Under the pieces are notes generated by a model. The model had not been told where the DNA came from. It searched no databases and saw only the letters and a program-made list of their open reading frames with translations. This document shows positions 38,543 to 50,500 of a stretch of 64,000 nucleotides of DNA, one piece after another. A program made the position numbers and the translations under genes. The stretch comes from Malacoraja senta. Taxonomy: Eukaryota. The first letter of the stretch is position 1, and each line of letters starts with the position of its first letter. Where the stretch lies: positions 3,784,001-3,848,000 of the forward strand of contig CM075998.1 of NCBI GenBank assembly GCA_038087875.1, given 5' to 3'.

Positions 38543-38596
38543 ATGGAAACTGGCAGTCTGGCAGAGCAAGGAGATAATTTGTATATCACAAAGCAG
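38543..38596 (+). CDS. POU6F1: POU6F1 first coding exon (METGSLAEQGDNLYITKQ); exon likely starts at 38500
   Basis: Acceptor tttttgttttgttctccag ending 38499, strong Kozak acaATGG, donor CAG|gtatga; resembles recalled MDPGAGSETSLTVNEQ. Confidence 0.75.
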
Positions 38597-41500
38597 GTAT
38601 GACATTTATCCTTTATTTTTCCTCTTCCAATTTAAATGAGTATTAACTACTTAATTATTGCTTTTTACAAATGGGCGGCGCAGTGGCGCAGCGGTAGAGT
38701 TGCTGCCTTGCAACGCCAGAGGCCCGGGTTCGATCCTGACTACGGGTGCTTGTCTGTATGTTCTCCCCGTGACTAGTGTGGGTTTTCTCCGGGTGCTCCG
38801 GTTTCTTCCCACATTTCAAAGACATCCAGGTTCGTAGGTTAATTGACTTGGTATAATTGTTAATTGTCCCCAGTCTGTGTAGGATAGTGTTAAGATGCAG
38901 GGATCGCTGGCTGGCACGGACTCGGTAGGCCGAAGGGCCTGTTTTTGCTCTGTATCTCTAAACTAACCGAAACAATTCAATTCTTTTTTCGACATTTCTG
39001 TTGATACACCTAGTTTTCCAAGACAAATACATGAATTAAATTATTATTTCACTCTCAAATGTCTAATTGAACTTATGAAAAGTGCTTTATCTACCTGGTC
39101 ATGCAAAGCACATTTATCTTTGTATCTTTTGATGTTGATTGTGATTTTGGGAGTACGGTTCGGAAGGCATATGATAACAAAATGAGTTAATGTTCCAAGA
39201 CATTGAGGCAGGATGTGGTTTTTGCCCTGAGATTATCCAGGTAACTGGTTCCCAATCTTAAATCAACGAGGAGAGCGGCAGAGCGGTAGAGTTGCTCCCT
39301 TACAGCGCCAGAGACCCAAGTTCGATCCTGACTACGGGTGCTGTCTGAATGGAGTTTGTATGTACTCCCTGTGGCCACGTGGGTTTTTTCTGGGTGCTCC
39401 GGTTTCCTCCCACACTCCAAAGACGTGCAGGTTTGTAGGTTAATTGGCTTCTGTAAATTGTCCCTAATGTGTAGGATAGAATTAGTGCACAATGTGATAG
39501 CTGGTCGGCATGGGCCGCAGGGCCTGTATCCACGCTGTATCTCTAAGGTCGAAAGTCTAAAGTAGGAGGAAGGAACAAATCAGTTTTGGATGTGAGTTAT
39601 GTCATGTGTCCTCCAATAATGTTTTTTTTCCAGGAAGGAAGGGTGAAAATCCTCCTCCTCGGGTGTTTTCCCCTGCTACCGCAGGAGATGCAACATCTGT
39701 CCCTACACATGTACAATGGAGTTGAGGAGTCCTTCTTCAACTCCTTTTAGAGATCCCAGCAGCCTTTCCAAAAAGAGGAAGAGGTTGCATTGTCTTCAAC
39801 CTTGTCTATTACATTCAATGCACTCAATGTGTCCTCCACTACATCGGTGAGTCCAAGTGTAGATGAGGTGATTGCTTTGCTGAGACCTGCATTGTGGAGT
39901 ACCGGGGCAAATAAATAAATGATGGGTCTTTGTCCAAAACATTATGGAGGGCACTGTATAGCCAGTGTGGCTTTGTGATTCCTGGGTGTATTCCTTGAAA
40001 TAGACATCATTCAGTCATGCATTTCCCACCTATTCATGGCGTTGGTGTTCATTAGAGCAGATGGTTAGAATTAGCCTCGCAACTGTTATCCAACCATTTG
40101 TCAGACACTGCCGATACTGAGTGAATGCCATTTCCTTCATTGCAAGTATAGGAAGGAACTGCAGATGCCAGTGTAAACCAAAGAGAGACACGAAAAGCTG
40201 GAGTAACTCATCATTTATTTATTTGCCTCTACTCCACAATTTGAGATTTGTAACAGAAAAAAAAATCAGGCCATTTTTATACATTTTGGTACTAGTTACG
40301 TTTCCTTGACAATCCTGCTGTCAAAATCACATAACAGGCTTACTTTCCTTCTAGTCACTGGGCTTCCTGAACCCCTGGCAAATCTATCTATAGTGTTATA
40401 TATAAATCAGTCAACAGAATATGAGAATAGGACTTTGTAAGCATCTCTTTCTCTAGCTTGGATGACTGGGATGCATTTGAAATTGAAATGTGGAAACTTG
40501 CATCAATGTGTTTTTTTTTTAAATTCAACCAACTTTCTCCACTCATGTGAATTCCATCATGTGGATTCCAAAATGCCTCCCCAAAAAAAAATCACCACCT
40601 TCTTTTGTGGCTTAAGGCATTATATTTCCTCTACACTTGAATAAACTGGAAAAATGGCATAGTGACTACAGGGCATTGAAGGCACACAATGGCATTTTAC
40701 CCAACGGCAATGTTTATTCAATAAGATAGTGTTCATTAGCTTTCTGATGCATTTTTTCTTCATTCTGTTCCTCTAAGTTAGGCCCATTGTGATATTACTT
40801 CTGATCTCAACATTTCAAGGTAGGACCTCTGGGCTTTGAATGACTGGAAATGTTAATCTGTAATTAACTTCATTTGTAAAGAGTAGATTTAATTAGCATA
40901 TTACATTAATGCTTCCTCCCTGATGAATAACATTTACACCCCTAAGTTTCATGAAGATCTGGCTTGGCACTTTAGAATTGTAACTAAGCTAATATCTATA
41001 TGAAATGTGAGCTGATTAGCATAAATTATTAATGCCCTCACTCTGATGACATTATAATTATTCTGCGGGAGTTGTTTTAAAGGAATTGCATTATGCATAT
41101 TATAGAGAAAATATTTTCTTATCATGTTAATTTGCTCATGTGAATGAGATATAATAAGCACAGATCATTACTATTTTCAGCCTGCTAACACGAGTGTCCG
41201 TTCCAAGTTCTGTAAAGCCATGATTGGGATTTCAGTTAAGCTCATACCTGGTACACAAAAATGCTGGAGAAACTCAGCGGGTGCAGCAGCATCTATGGAG
41301 CGAAGGAAATAGGCAACGTTTCGGGCCGAAACCCTCCTTCGCTCCATAGATGCTGCTGCACCCGCTGAGTTTCTCCAGCATTTTTGTGTACCTTCGATTT
41401 CCCAGCATCTGCAGTTCCTTCTTAAGCTCATACCTGTACATGCTAATTCATGCAAAATTTGTGCTGTCCAGGATTTTCTTTTATTATAAATATTCCACTC

Positions 41501-44500
41501 AGACACTCTGGAAATGATTTGATACTTTATCTAGAGAATTTGTAATTGATGTTGTGAGGATCAGTTTTGTTCACAGGCTATTAGATACAAATTCATAATG
41601 TGTATTCAAATGGACCCACGGGTTAAAGATTGAAATTATTTTTTTACATTTCACTTGTAGTTTTTTATCTATTTGAACCTGCATAGGCTGTATTCATTTG
41701 ATATAACAGAGCATGGAAGTTAAATGTCTTTCGAAAGGATCCAGGCTTTTCAATTTGAAATCTTAATTTAAATTAGTTAAAATATCATTCAAGAGCTGAA
41801 ATGAAGATTTGCCTTTTGCAGGCAAAATCAAAATTGATCTGAGGGTTTTGAAAGAGTAGTCCATCCAAGGGATTGGCGGAAATGTTCAAGGAATAATGCA
41901 CCCCCACGTGTCAAGAACTTCGCAGGGGACATTCTGTCATTTTCTCAAGAGTTGCCAATAATGTTCATTGAGTACCTTATTATTCTTTTCAAGTTTCAAG
42001 GTCAGTTTATTGTCACATGTACCAATTAAGGTACAGTGAAATCTGAGTTACCATGCAGCCATACTAAGTGAAAAGCAACAAGAGACACAGCCACATAAAA
42101 TAAAAGTTAACATAAAAATCCACCACAGCGGGTTCCTCACTGTGATGGAAGGTAATAAAGTCCAATCTTCTCCCTCTTTACTCTCCCGCGGTCGAGACTG
42201 TCGAACCATCCGCAGTCGGAGTCATCAAAGCTTCCGCAGCCAGCGATCCGAAGCCTTTGCGTCAGGGTGATCGAAATTCCCTCATTGGGACGGTTGAAAC
42301 TCTCCACGGCTTAGAGCTCCCGAATCGGTCTCGAACCAGGGACCGCGGTCTCCACGATGTTAAAGTCCACAGGCCCGTGGTTAGAGCTCTCCACCGTCGA
42401 TCCCCAGCAAAGGGTTCGCAAGCTCCACGATGGTAAGTCCGCGCTGCGCCTGCGGTTGAAGCACCGGGTCGGTCTCCACGAAAGGCCGTGCCACTCCACG
42501 ATGTTGGGCCGCAGTGGGGACGGAGATACGGTATGGAAAAAAATTGCATCTCCGTCGAGGTGAGGGATTGAAAAAAGTTTCCCCCAACCCCCCATCCCAC
42601 CTTCCACATAAAACAAACCAAGGAACATGAAAACATACTCTTTAACTCTTACTTAAAATAACAAAAAACAGAAGAAAGGACAGACAGAATGTTGGCGAGG
42701 CAGCCACTTGCTGGCGCCACCCGGTGGACATCCCTCTGTAAAGCACATGAGTATATCATTTTTTTTTCAGTGAGACCCAAAGGTTAAGAGGACACAAACC
42801 AGAAGTGACTTGCATTGATAGTTTAGAATAATTTGTGTCTTATTTATCATGACTCTCCGGTCACAATATATGAAGAAGTACTTGCTTTTTCATCCATCAT
42901 ACACACTATTAGCAAATCCGGCTACGGTACATCTGATAGTTTCATCAAAGGCGTTAATATAGGTGTTAAACAGTGTCGGCCATGGAAATGATCCCCATGG
43001 CACCCCACTAGTTAAAGCGTGCCAACCGAAGTGATCCATTTATTCAGAATGTTTTCTGTTCATAAGGTTATAAGAGACAGTAGTAGATTTAGGCCATTCA
43101 GCCCATCAAGTCTACTCCGCCATTCCATCATGGCTGATCTATCTCTCCCTCCTACCCCCATTCTTCCGCCTTCTCCCCATAACCCCTGACACCCGTACTA
43201 ATCAAGAATCTATCTATCTCTGCCGTAAAAAATATCTACTGACTTGGCCTCCACAGCCTTTTGTGGCAAAGAATTCCACAGATTCGCCACCCTCTGACTA
43301 AAGAAATTTTCCTCATCTCCTTCTTAAAAGAATGTTCTTTACTTCTGAGGCTATGACCTCTAGTCCTAGACTCTCCACATCCAAGCCTTTCACTGTGTAT
43401 TCTGTATGTTTCAATGGGGTCCCCCCTCATTCTTCTAAACTCCAGCGAGTATAGGCCCAGTGCCGACAAACGCTCATCTCATTCCTGAGATAATTCTTGT
43501 AAACCTGGACCCTCTCCAGAGCCAGCACATCCTTCCTCAGGTATGGTGCTCAAAATTGCTCACAATATTCCAAATGTGGCCTTACCAGCGCTTTATAGAG
43601 CCTCAACATTACATCCCTGTTTTTGTATACAAGCCCTCTTGAAATAAATGCTAGCATTGAGTTTGCTTTCTTTACTGCCGATTCGACTTGCAGATCAACT
43701 TTTTGGGAATCCTGCACCAGCATTCCCAAGTCCCTTTGTACCTCCGATTTCTGGATTCTCTCCCCATTTAGAAAATAATCTACGCCTTTATTCCAACCAC
43801 CAAAATGCATGGCTCCACACTTTGCTACTCTATATTCCATCTGCCGCTTCTCTGCCCACTCTCACAACCTGTCCAAGTCCTTCTGCAGAGTCCCTGCTTT
43901 CCCTACACTACCTGCCCCTCCACCTATTTTCGTATCATCCACAAACTTTGCCACAAAGCCTTCAATCCCCTCGTCCAAATCATTAATATACAACGTGAAG
44001 AGCAGCGGCCCCAGCACCGAGCCCTGCGGAACTCCGCTAGTCACTGGCAGCCAACCAGAAAAAGCCCCTTTTATTGCCACTCTTTGTCTTCTGCCATTCA
44101 GCCAACCTGCTATCCATGCTAGTATCTGCTCTCGAATACCATGGGCTCTCATCTTCCTTAGCAGCCTAACGTGTGGCACCTTATCAAAGGCTTTCTGAAA
44201 ATCTAAGTAAACAATATCTACTGACTCTCCTTTGTCTGTCCTGCTATTTACTTCTTCAAAGAATTCCAGCAAATTTATCAAGCAAGACCTCCCCTTCACA
44301 AACCCATGCTGACTTCAGCCTATATCTGTTGTTCGTCAGTTTTCTATACATGTTAATATATTCAGTGCAAGACCGGTTTCACAGTTATGTAATGTCAGAA
44401 TCCCGCAGTGGTGTGCTTTGGAGGAAACAATTTTCACAGGCGTTTCCAGGTTAGTTCTCTATGGTGTGAAATTCTTGCAAAATGCTTCCTTCAGTGTTGT

Positions 44501-47500
44501 CATCCTGTACCATGAACTGTTGGAGGTCAGGTGATTTTTGTTGTTGCAGGAGATGTGGCTGAGGGATTGAGGCAACTTCACAGGCTCGCTAAACTCAATG
44601 GGGTGTACAAGGATCTAGTGGAGGTGTCTTTGTCCCAGTTGTAGTTAACTGGATCGATTCTTCACGTGAGGCTTAGAGCCAGAGATGCAGAACAGGATTT
44701 GATATTTTAACATGTTGTGACCATCACTTCCACCCTGCCCCCACTTCTGAGTTGTCACACCATATGTTCGACGTCTATTCTTGGATAAGCGGAAATTTGT
44801 TCCAAGTAAATTTTGTTAAGTGACAAATGTTCCCTGGCCATGGCTCTTTTCCTCTCCCTGGTCACCGTCTGACGGTTTTGCACCCTTGGAGTGCTTGTTA
44901 ATTGGAAACTAAAATCAAAAGTATTACTGAATGACACCCAAACCCTCCAGATGATCATGTCTGATTCAACGTGACAGGTCCTCTACAATTGACATGAGGG
45001 CTATAATCTTTTACTTTTCAATAATGTACTCGTAGGAGATATTTTCCAATCCATTTGGGATCAATCTGGATCTCCTTGAACGTTTGAATAAATCTAACAG
45101 TGGCTCACTTACGACTCGCTCCATTTGTCTTAGTATTTTTGTTATAAATGGCCTATCATTGTGCAGGCCATTAATCTTATCCAAAACTATTTCTGCACTT
45201 CCTTTGTTGAGGTAGTTTTGTCTACATACCAAGCAGTGGGAGCCATGTCGTGAGTGTTGACGTGGGAGAGCAAGCAGGGTTGAGAATGAGCTTTTATTAC
45301 ATCCTCCTCCTCCTCCTTTCTATTGCTGAGAACATCAGTTAATTGCAATGATCTAGCTAAACCTGGCTAAAATGAGGTAAGATATACCAGAAAATAGACA
45401 CAAAAAGCTGGAGTAACTTAGCGGGTCAGACAGCATCTCTGGAGAGAAGGAATGGGTGACGTTTCGGGTCAAGACCCTTCTTCAGACTGACAGTCAGGGG
45501 AAAGGAATCGCCAGTCTGAAGAAGGGTCTCGACCCGAAACGTCACCCATTCCTTCCCTCTAGAAATGCTGCCTGTCCCGCTGAGTTACTCCAGCATTTAG
45601 CGTCTATACCAGAGATAAAGCCTGTCTGTATATTGCGTTCTCTGATATATTTACCCACTGTATTGCTGTGGAAATAGCACTTGTTCCATATTTAGTCATT
45701 TAAATTTTTTTAATGATTATTAATGGTTAATTCAATGGTTTAAATTTTTTTTTGTCAAGTGTACCAAAGTACAGTGAAATTTTTTTTTTGCATATGGATC
45801 AGTGAGGTTATTACCATACATTAAGACAATCCTTGATTAAGTACCCCATGCATAGAAACAGCCCACTGAGTCCATATGCAATAGTCGCCAGATTGTGGAA
45901 CCATTTTACATAGTCCAAGCCACAGATTAACTGTGTGACGTGACTTTAATTATGATGAAGATTATTTTAAAATCCAGACCAAATCCATCTCTCCACTTCT
46001 GTATCTCAAAACTTTTACAAGCCCTGGAAACGAAATGGTAAACCACAAGATGTTGGACCCTACTGGAGGGGATCAGCTGCAGCTTCTGAGATTTGATTCT
46101 TAAATTCATGTATTTGCAGGCTACTGCGATGACTGTCCAGGAAATCACCAAAGTTTCATCAAGGAAAGTGGATGTTGCATCCAAAGTAGGGGGTGACGCA
46201 GAACCTCAAAGGATTGTTCTTCCAGCAGCAGTAGTGGGCGAGGAAGGCAATGACGGCAGTGTTTCCACTGAGGTGCCGAAAGACCTCAACAACTGTGTGC
46301 AGGAGAACCAAAGCCACAGGTCTAGTGGTGAGCGGGGTTTATTTGGGGTTATTCTTGGATTTCATACATTTTTAAGCAGCTCTTCTATTAATCTTTTGTT
46401 GAATATTGGAATCTAGTTAATGAAAAAATGGCCAAATATATATGGCACAATTAAAAATAAACTAGTTCTATTTTGAGGGGTAATTTTATCACCACAATCT
46501 GTGACATCATTAATGGATGTAATCACCTCTGCTCATAAAGCTGCAATCTATTTCTGTATATAGTCTAGACAATAGACAATATGTGCAGGAGTAGGCCATT
46601 TGACCCTTCGAGCCAGCACCGCCATTCGGTGTGATCATGGCTGATCATCCCCAATCAGTACCCCGTTCCTGCCTTCTCCCCATATACCCTCACTCCGCTA
46701 TTTTTAAGAGCCCTATCTAGCTCTCTCTTGTAAGTATCCAGAGAACCGGCCTCCACCGCCCTCTGATGCAGATAATTCCACAGACTTACCACTCTCTGTG
46801 AGAAAAAGTGTTTCCTCGTCTCTGTTCTAAATGGCTTACTCCTTATTCTTAAACTGTGTGTGGCCCCTGGTGCTGGACTCCCCCAACATCGGGAACATGT
46901 TTCCTGCCTCTAGCGTGTCCAAGCCCTTAACAATCTTATATGTTTCAATGCTACATCCCTCAGGTAGACTTTATGCTACCCTCGATTTCAATTTAGCACT
47001 AAAATTGCTAAATTTGGAAAGATAATGAATGACTGGCAATGATGTATGAACAGCTGAAATTGTACCATCTCTGTTAAATTAGAATAAGCCATGTCTGCTA
47101 TTGTGATTTAGACCTTAATCTGTGATCTGTGTAAGCCAGTTTCTCATTTATTGGCAATTACAGACTTGTTAAAAAAATAGTGCTTTCCTCCGAGATAATA
47201 CCGCAATACAATCACAATTTATTACCTGCTGTAAAAATATAAATTGGGTACATCCACACAAGCCACTCCTATATGGTGATTTGGAGTGTAGCATTAACTC
47301 TGAGGATTAATCCATGTTTCCCTGGTTTCTTCTTGCACCAAATCACATGTTGTTGTGTAACATGGAACCAGAAGTCATAAAAGTAAGGACATTTGGATTA
47401 TTTAATTGAATAAATTCATTGTTTTGATTGTGTGGGAAATATAGTAAGAATGTTCTCCAGTCTACTGAGCTAATTCTCAATTTCTCCTTACATATTCTAT

Positions 47501-50500
47501 ATCTTTTTTTTCCTGCTCTATTTCGTGGATGATCAGCCATGATCATATTGAATGGCGGTGCAGGCTCGAAGAGCTGAATGGCCTACTCCTGCACCTATTG
47601 TCTATGTTTCTATGTTTATTTCCTGCTCTATTTATTTTCACGTGTACCGAGGTACATTCAAAAGCTTTTGTTGCGTGCTAACCAGTGAGCGAAAAGACAA
47701 TACATGGTTACAATCAAACCATCAACAGTGAAAAGATGCATGATGAAGGGAATAACGTGAATAATGTTTAGTGCAAGATAGGCAGTAAAGTCGATCAAAG
47801 ATAGTCCGAGGGTCACCAATGAGGTAGATAGTAGTTCAGCACTGCTCTCTGGTTGTGGTAGGATGATTCAGTTGCCTGATAACAGCTGGGAAGAAACTGT
47901 CCCTGAATCTGGAGGTGTGCGTTCGTTTTCACACTTCTGTACCTCTTGCCCGATGGGAGAGGGGAGAAGAGGGAGTGGCTGGGGTGAGACTGGTCCTTGA
48001 TGATGCTGCTGGCCTTGCCGAGGCAGCGTGAGGTGTAGATGGAGTCAACGGAAGGGAGGTTGGTGTGATAGTCTGGGGTGCGTCCACAATTCTCTGTAAT
48101 TTCCTGCAGTCTAGGATGGAGCTGTTCCCAAACCGTACTGTGATGTATCCCGATAAAATACGGCGCATCTTCAGAAGTTGATGAGAGTTGTTGGTTACAT
48201 GCCAAACTTCCTAAGCATTCTCAGGAAGTAGAGGCGTTGGTGTGCGTACTTTAACAGTTGGGCAGCTATGGCATTTGGGGTTTGCTCTTGGCTTCCAGGG
48301 ATCAGTTGGGAGTGAGAGTCTGGTGATGGGGACAAGGGGTGTGTTGAAGTGGTCAGGTGAGGACCACCTAGCACAGACATATTCTCCTCAGGAAAGAATT
48401 GACCTCTGTGTGAATCAAATGAAGCAGGTATTATCTTTAACCTCTGTCCCTCCAAAAAGAAAAAAAGTGCATTACACAGTGTTAAAGGGTAAATACTATA
48501 GGTTGTGAAAATCATGCTTGCTTGAAAGAATGTAATCCATTGGAGAGAAAAAAAATCGAGAGGGGCGGCACAGTGGGGCAGTGGTAGAGTTGTGTTCCTG
48601 CCAGCTTACAGACAGAGACTGAAACACGGATCACCAATGAAGAGAGGAATACAGCAGTGGTCTGAGTAGTCCAAGGGTCTGCTTCAGTTCTGCCTCAAGC
48701 CAGTGGACTGGAACATGTTGAAGAACACTTCATCCAGCCTGAATGAGTGTACCTCAGTCGTCACCGATATCATTGAGAAATGCCCTGACGACTGTTCTGA
48801 CAAAGACATTTAGAGTCTATCCTGACCAGAATCCTTGGATGAACATGAGATTCACTCTGCTAAAGTCCAGATCTAAGGCTTTCAAGCAGGATGATCCCAC
48901 ACTGTACAAGAAGGCCAAGTATGATCTCTGCAAGGCTGGCAGAGATGCCAAGGGAGACTTTTAAATCAGGCTGGAGTCTCTATTTAGTTAAACACATGCC
49001 AGGTGACTGTGGCAGGGCCTGAATACCATCAGAAGCTACAAGCTGAAATCAGGGGCAACGACACATCTCTATTTGATGAGCTCAATGCCGTTTATGCTCA
49101 TCCCAAACAGGCAAACAAAGTTCAATTTAGACCCATCTGTGCCTGAAGGACTTTTGAATGGTATGGTTTGACAGATAGAACGCAAAACAAGGCTTTTCAC
49201 TGTATTTCAGTACATGTGATGTTAATAAACCAATAGCAATACCAAAATAAGTCATTGCTGTTGCTCTCCGGTAATGTAAAGAGAATCTTACTAAAATGAC
49301 AACATTATTTGCCCTTTCTGAATTCATAGTATCTTGAAAAAAAAAAGTTAAACTATCCCAAGGTGCTGATCTTCAAAGGATTTCTGTGCAACTCAAAATA
49401 TTTACTGATCTACGATTTCCCTGTCGAGTCATTAAGTCAAGTATTTCTAAATCTCTTACAGGTATCTGCATGTATGAAGAGAAGGTGAAAGTTAAGTTTG
49501 GAATGGAAGAGGGCTATTAAAATTGACTTTAAATAATTGTGAACAAACTATTTGCTGCCATTTTGTTGCATTCACGAGAAATAGTTTGTAAGACCCTAAA
49601 TAATTTTGTTTATTGCTGCTTTATATTTTAGAACAAACTGGGATAATGTCAGTGAATGAAATACAAACCAACAGGGTACAGCTTCAAGCACAGCAGACTG
49701 TGCCCATCTCGGTACCAACAATGACTCCGGTAAACCATCTGGTAAAAATGTGCTGTCTGTGTAGATAGAGATTTCATGCTTGACAGCATATGACTGCCAC
49801 GTGATCTCTGCAGATTTTATGGAAAATGTTTGAAATTTATGCATGGAAGCATCTTTCATCTATTTAAAAATTGTGAGTGGTCACAGGATACTTTAAGTGC
49901 TGGACTCAGTGCATCATGGGTAAGAAGGAACTGCAGATGCTGGTTGCATCATGTTGCAGCTTAAAGAACACTAAATAGCACATACATATTCTCCTCCGGA
50001 AAGAATTGTGTGAATCAAATGAAGCAGATAATATCTTTAAACCCCCCCCAAAAAAAAAAAAGAGTTAAAGGGTAAATAAAATAGGTTGTGAAAATCATGC
50101 TTGCTTGAAAGAATGTAATCCATTGGAGAGAGAAAAAATCGAGAGGAACAGCACACAGTGGCGCAACGGTAGAGTTACTGACTCGCAGCGCCAGAGACCC
50201 GAGTTCCATCCTGACTACGGTGCTGTCTAAAAGGAGTTTGTATGTTCTCCCCGTGACTGCGTGGGTTTTCCCCGGGTGCTCCGGTTTCCCCCCCACATGC
50301 GGGTTTGTAGGTTAATTGGCTTCTGTAAAAAAATTAACAAATTGTAGGATCGTTTTAGTATACGGGGTGGTTGCTGGTCAGCGCGGACTCGGTGGATCGA
50401 AGAGCCTGTTTCCACACTGTATCTCTAAAGTCTAAAGGCTGAACATGTTTCCATGCTGTATCCTTAAACAAGACAAAGGAAGCTGGTGGGATTATAGTGA

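Noticed and set aside
44700..45300. Unique-looking sequence with 67-73 aa minus-strand ORFs (possible endogenous viral or gene fragment)
   Set aside because: No recognisable motif in the frames I translated; needs a tBLASTx search.
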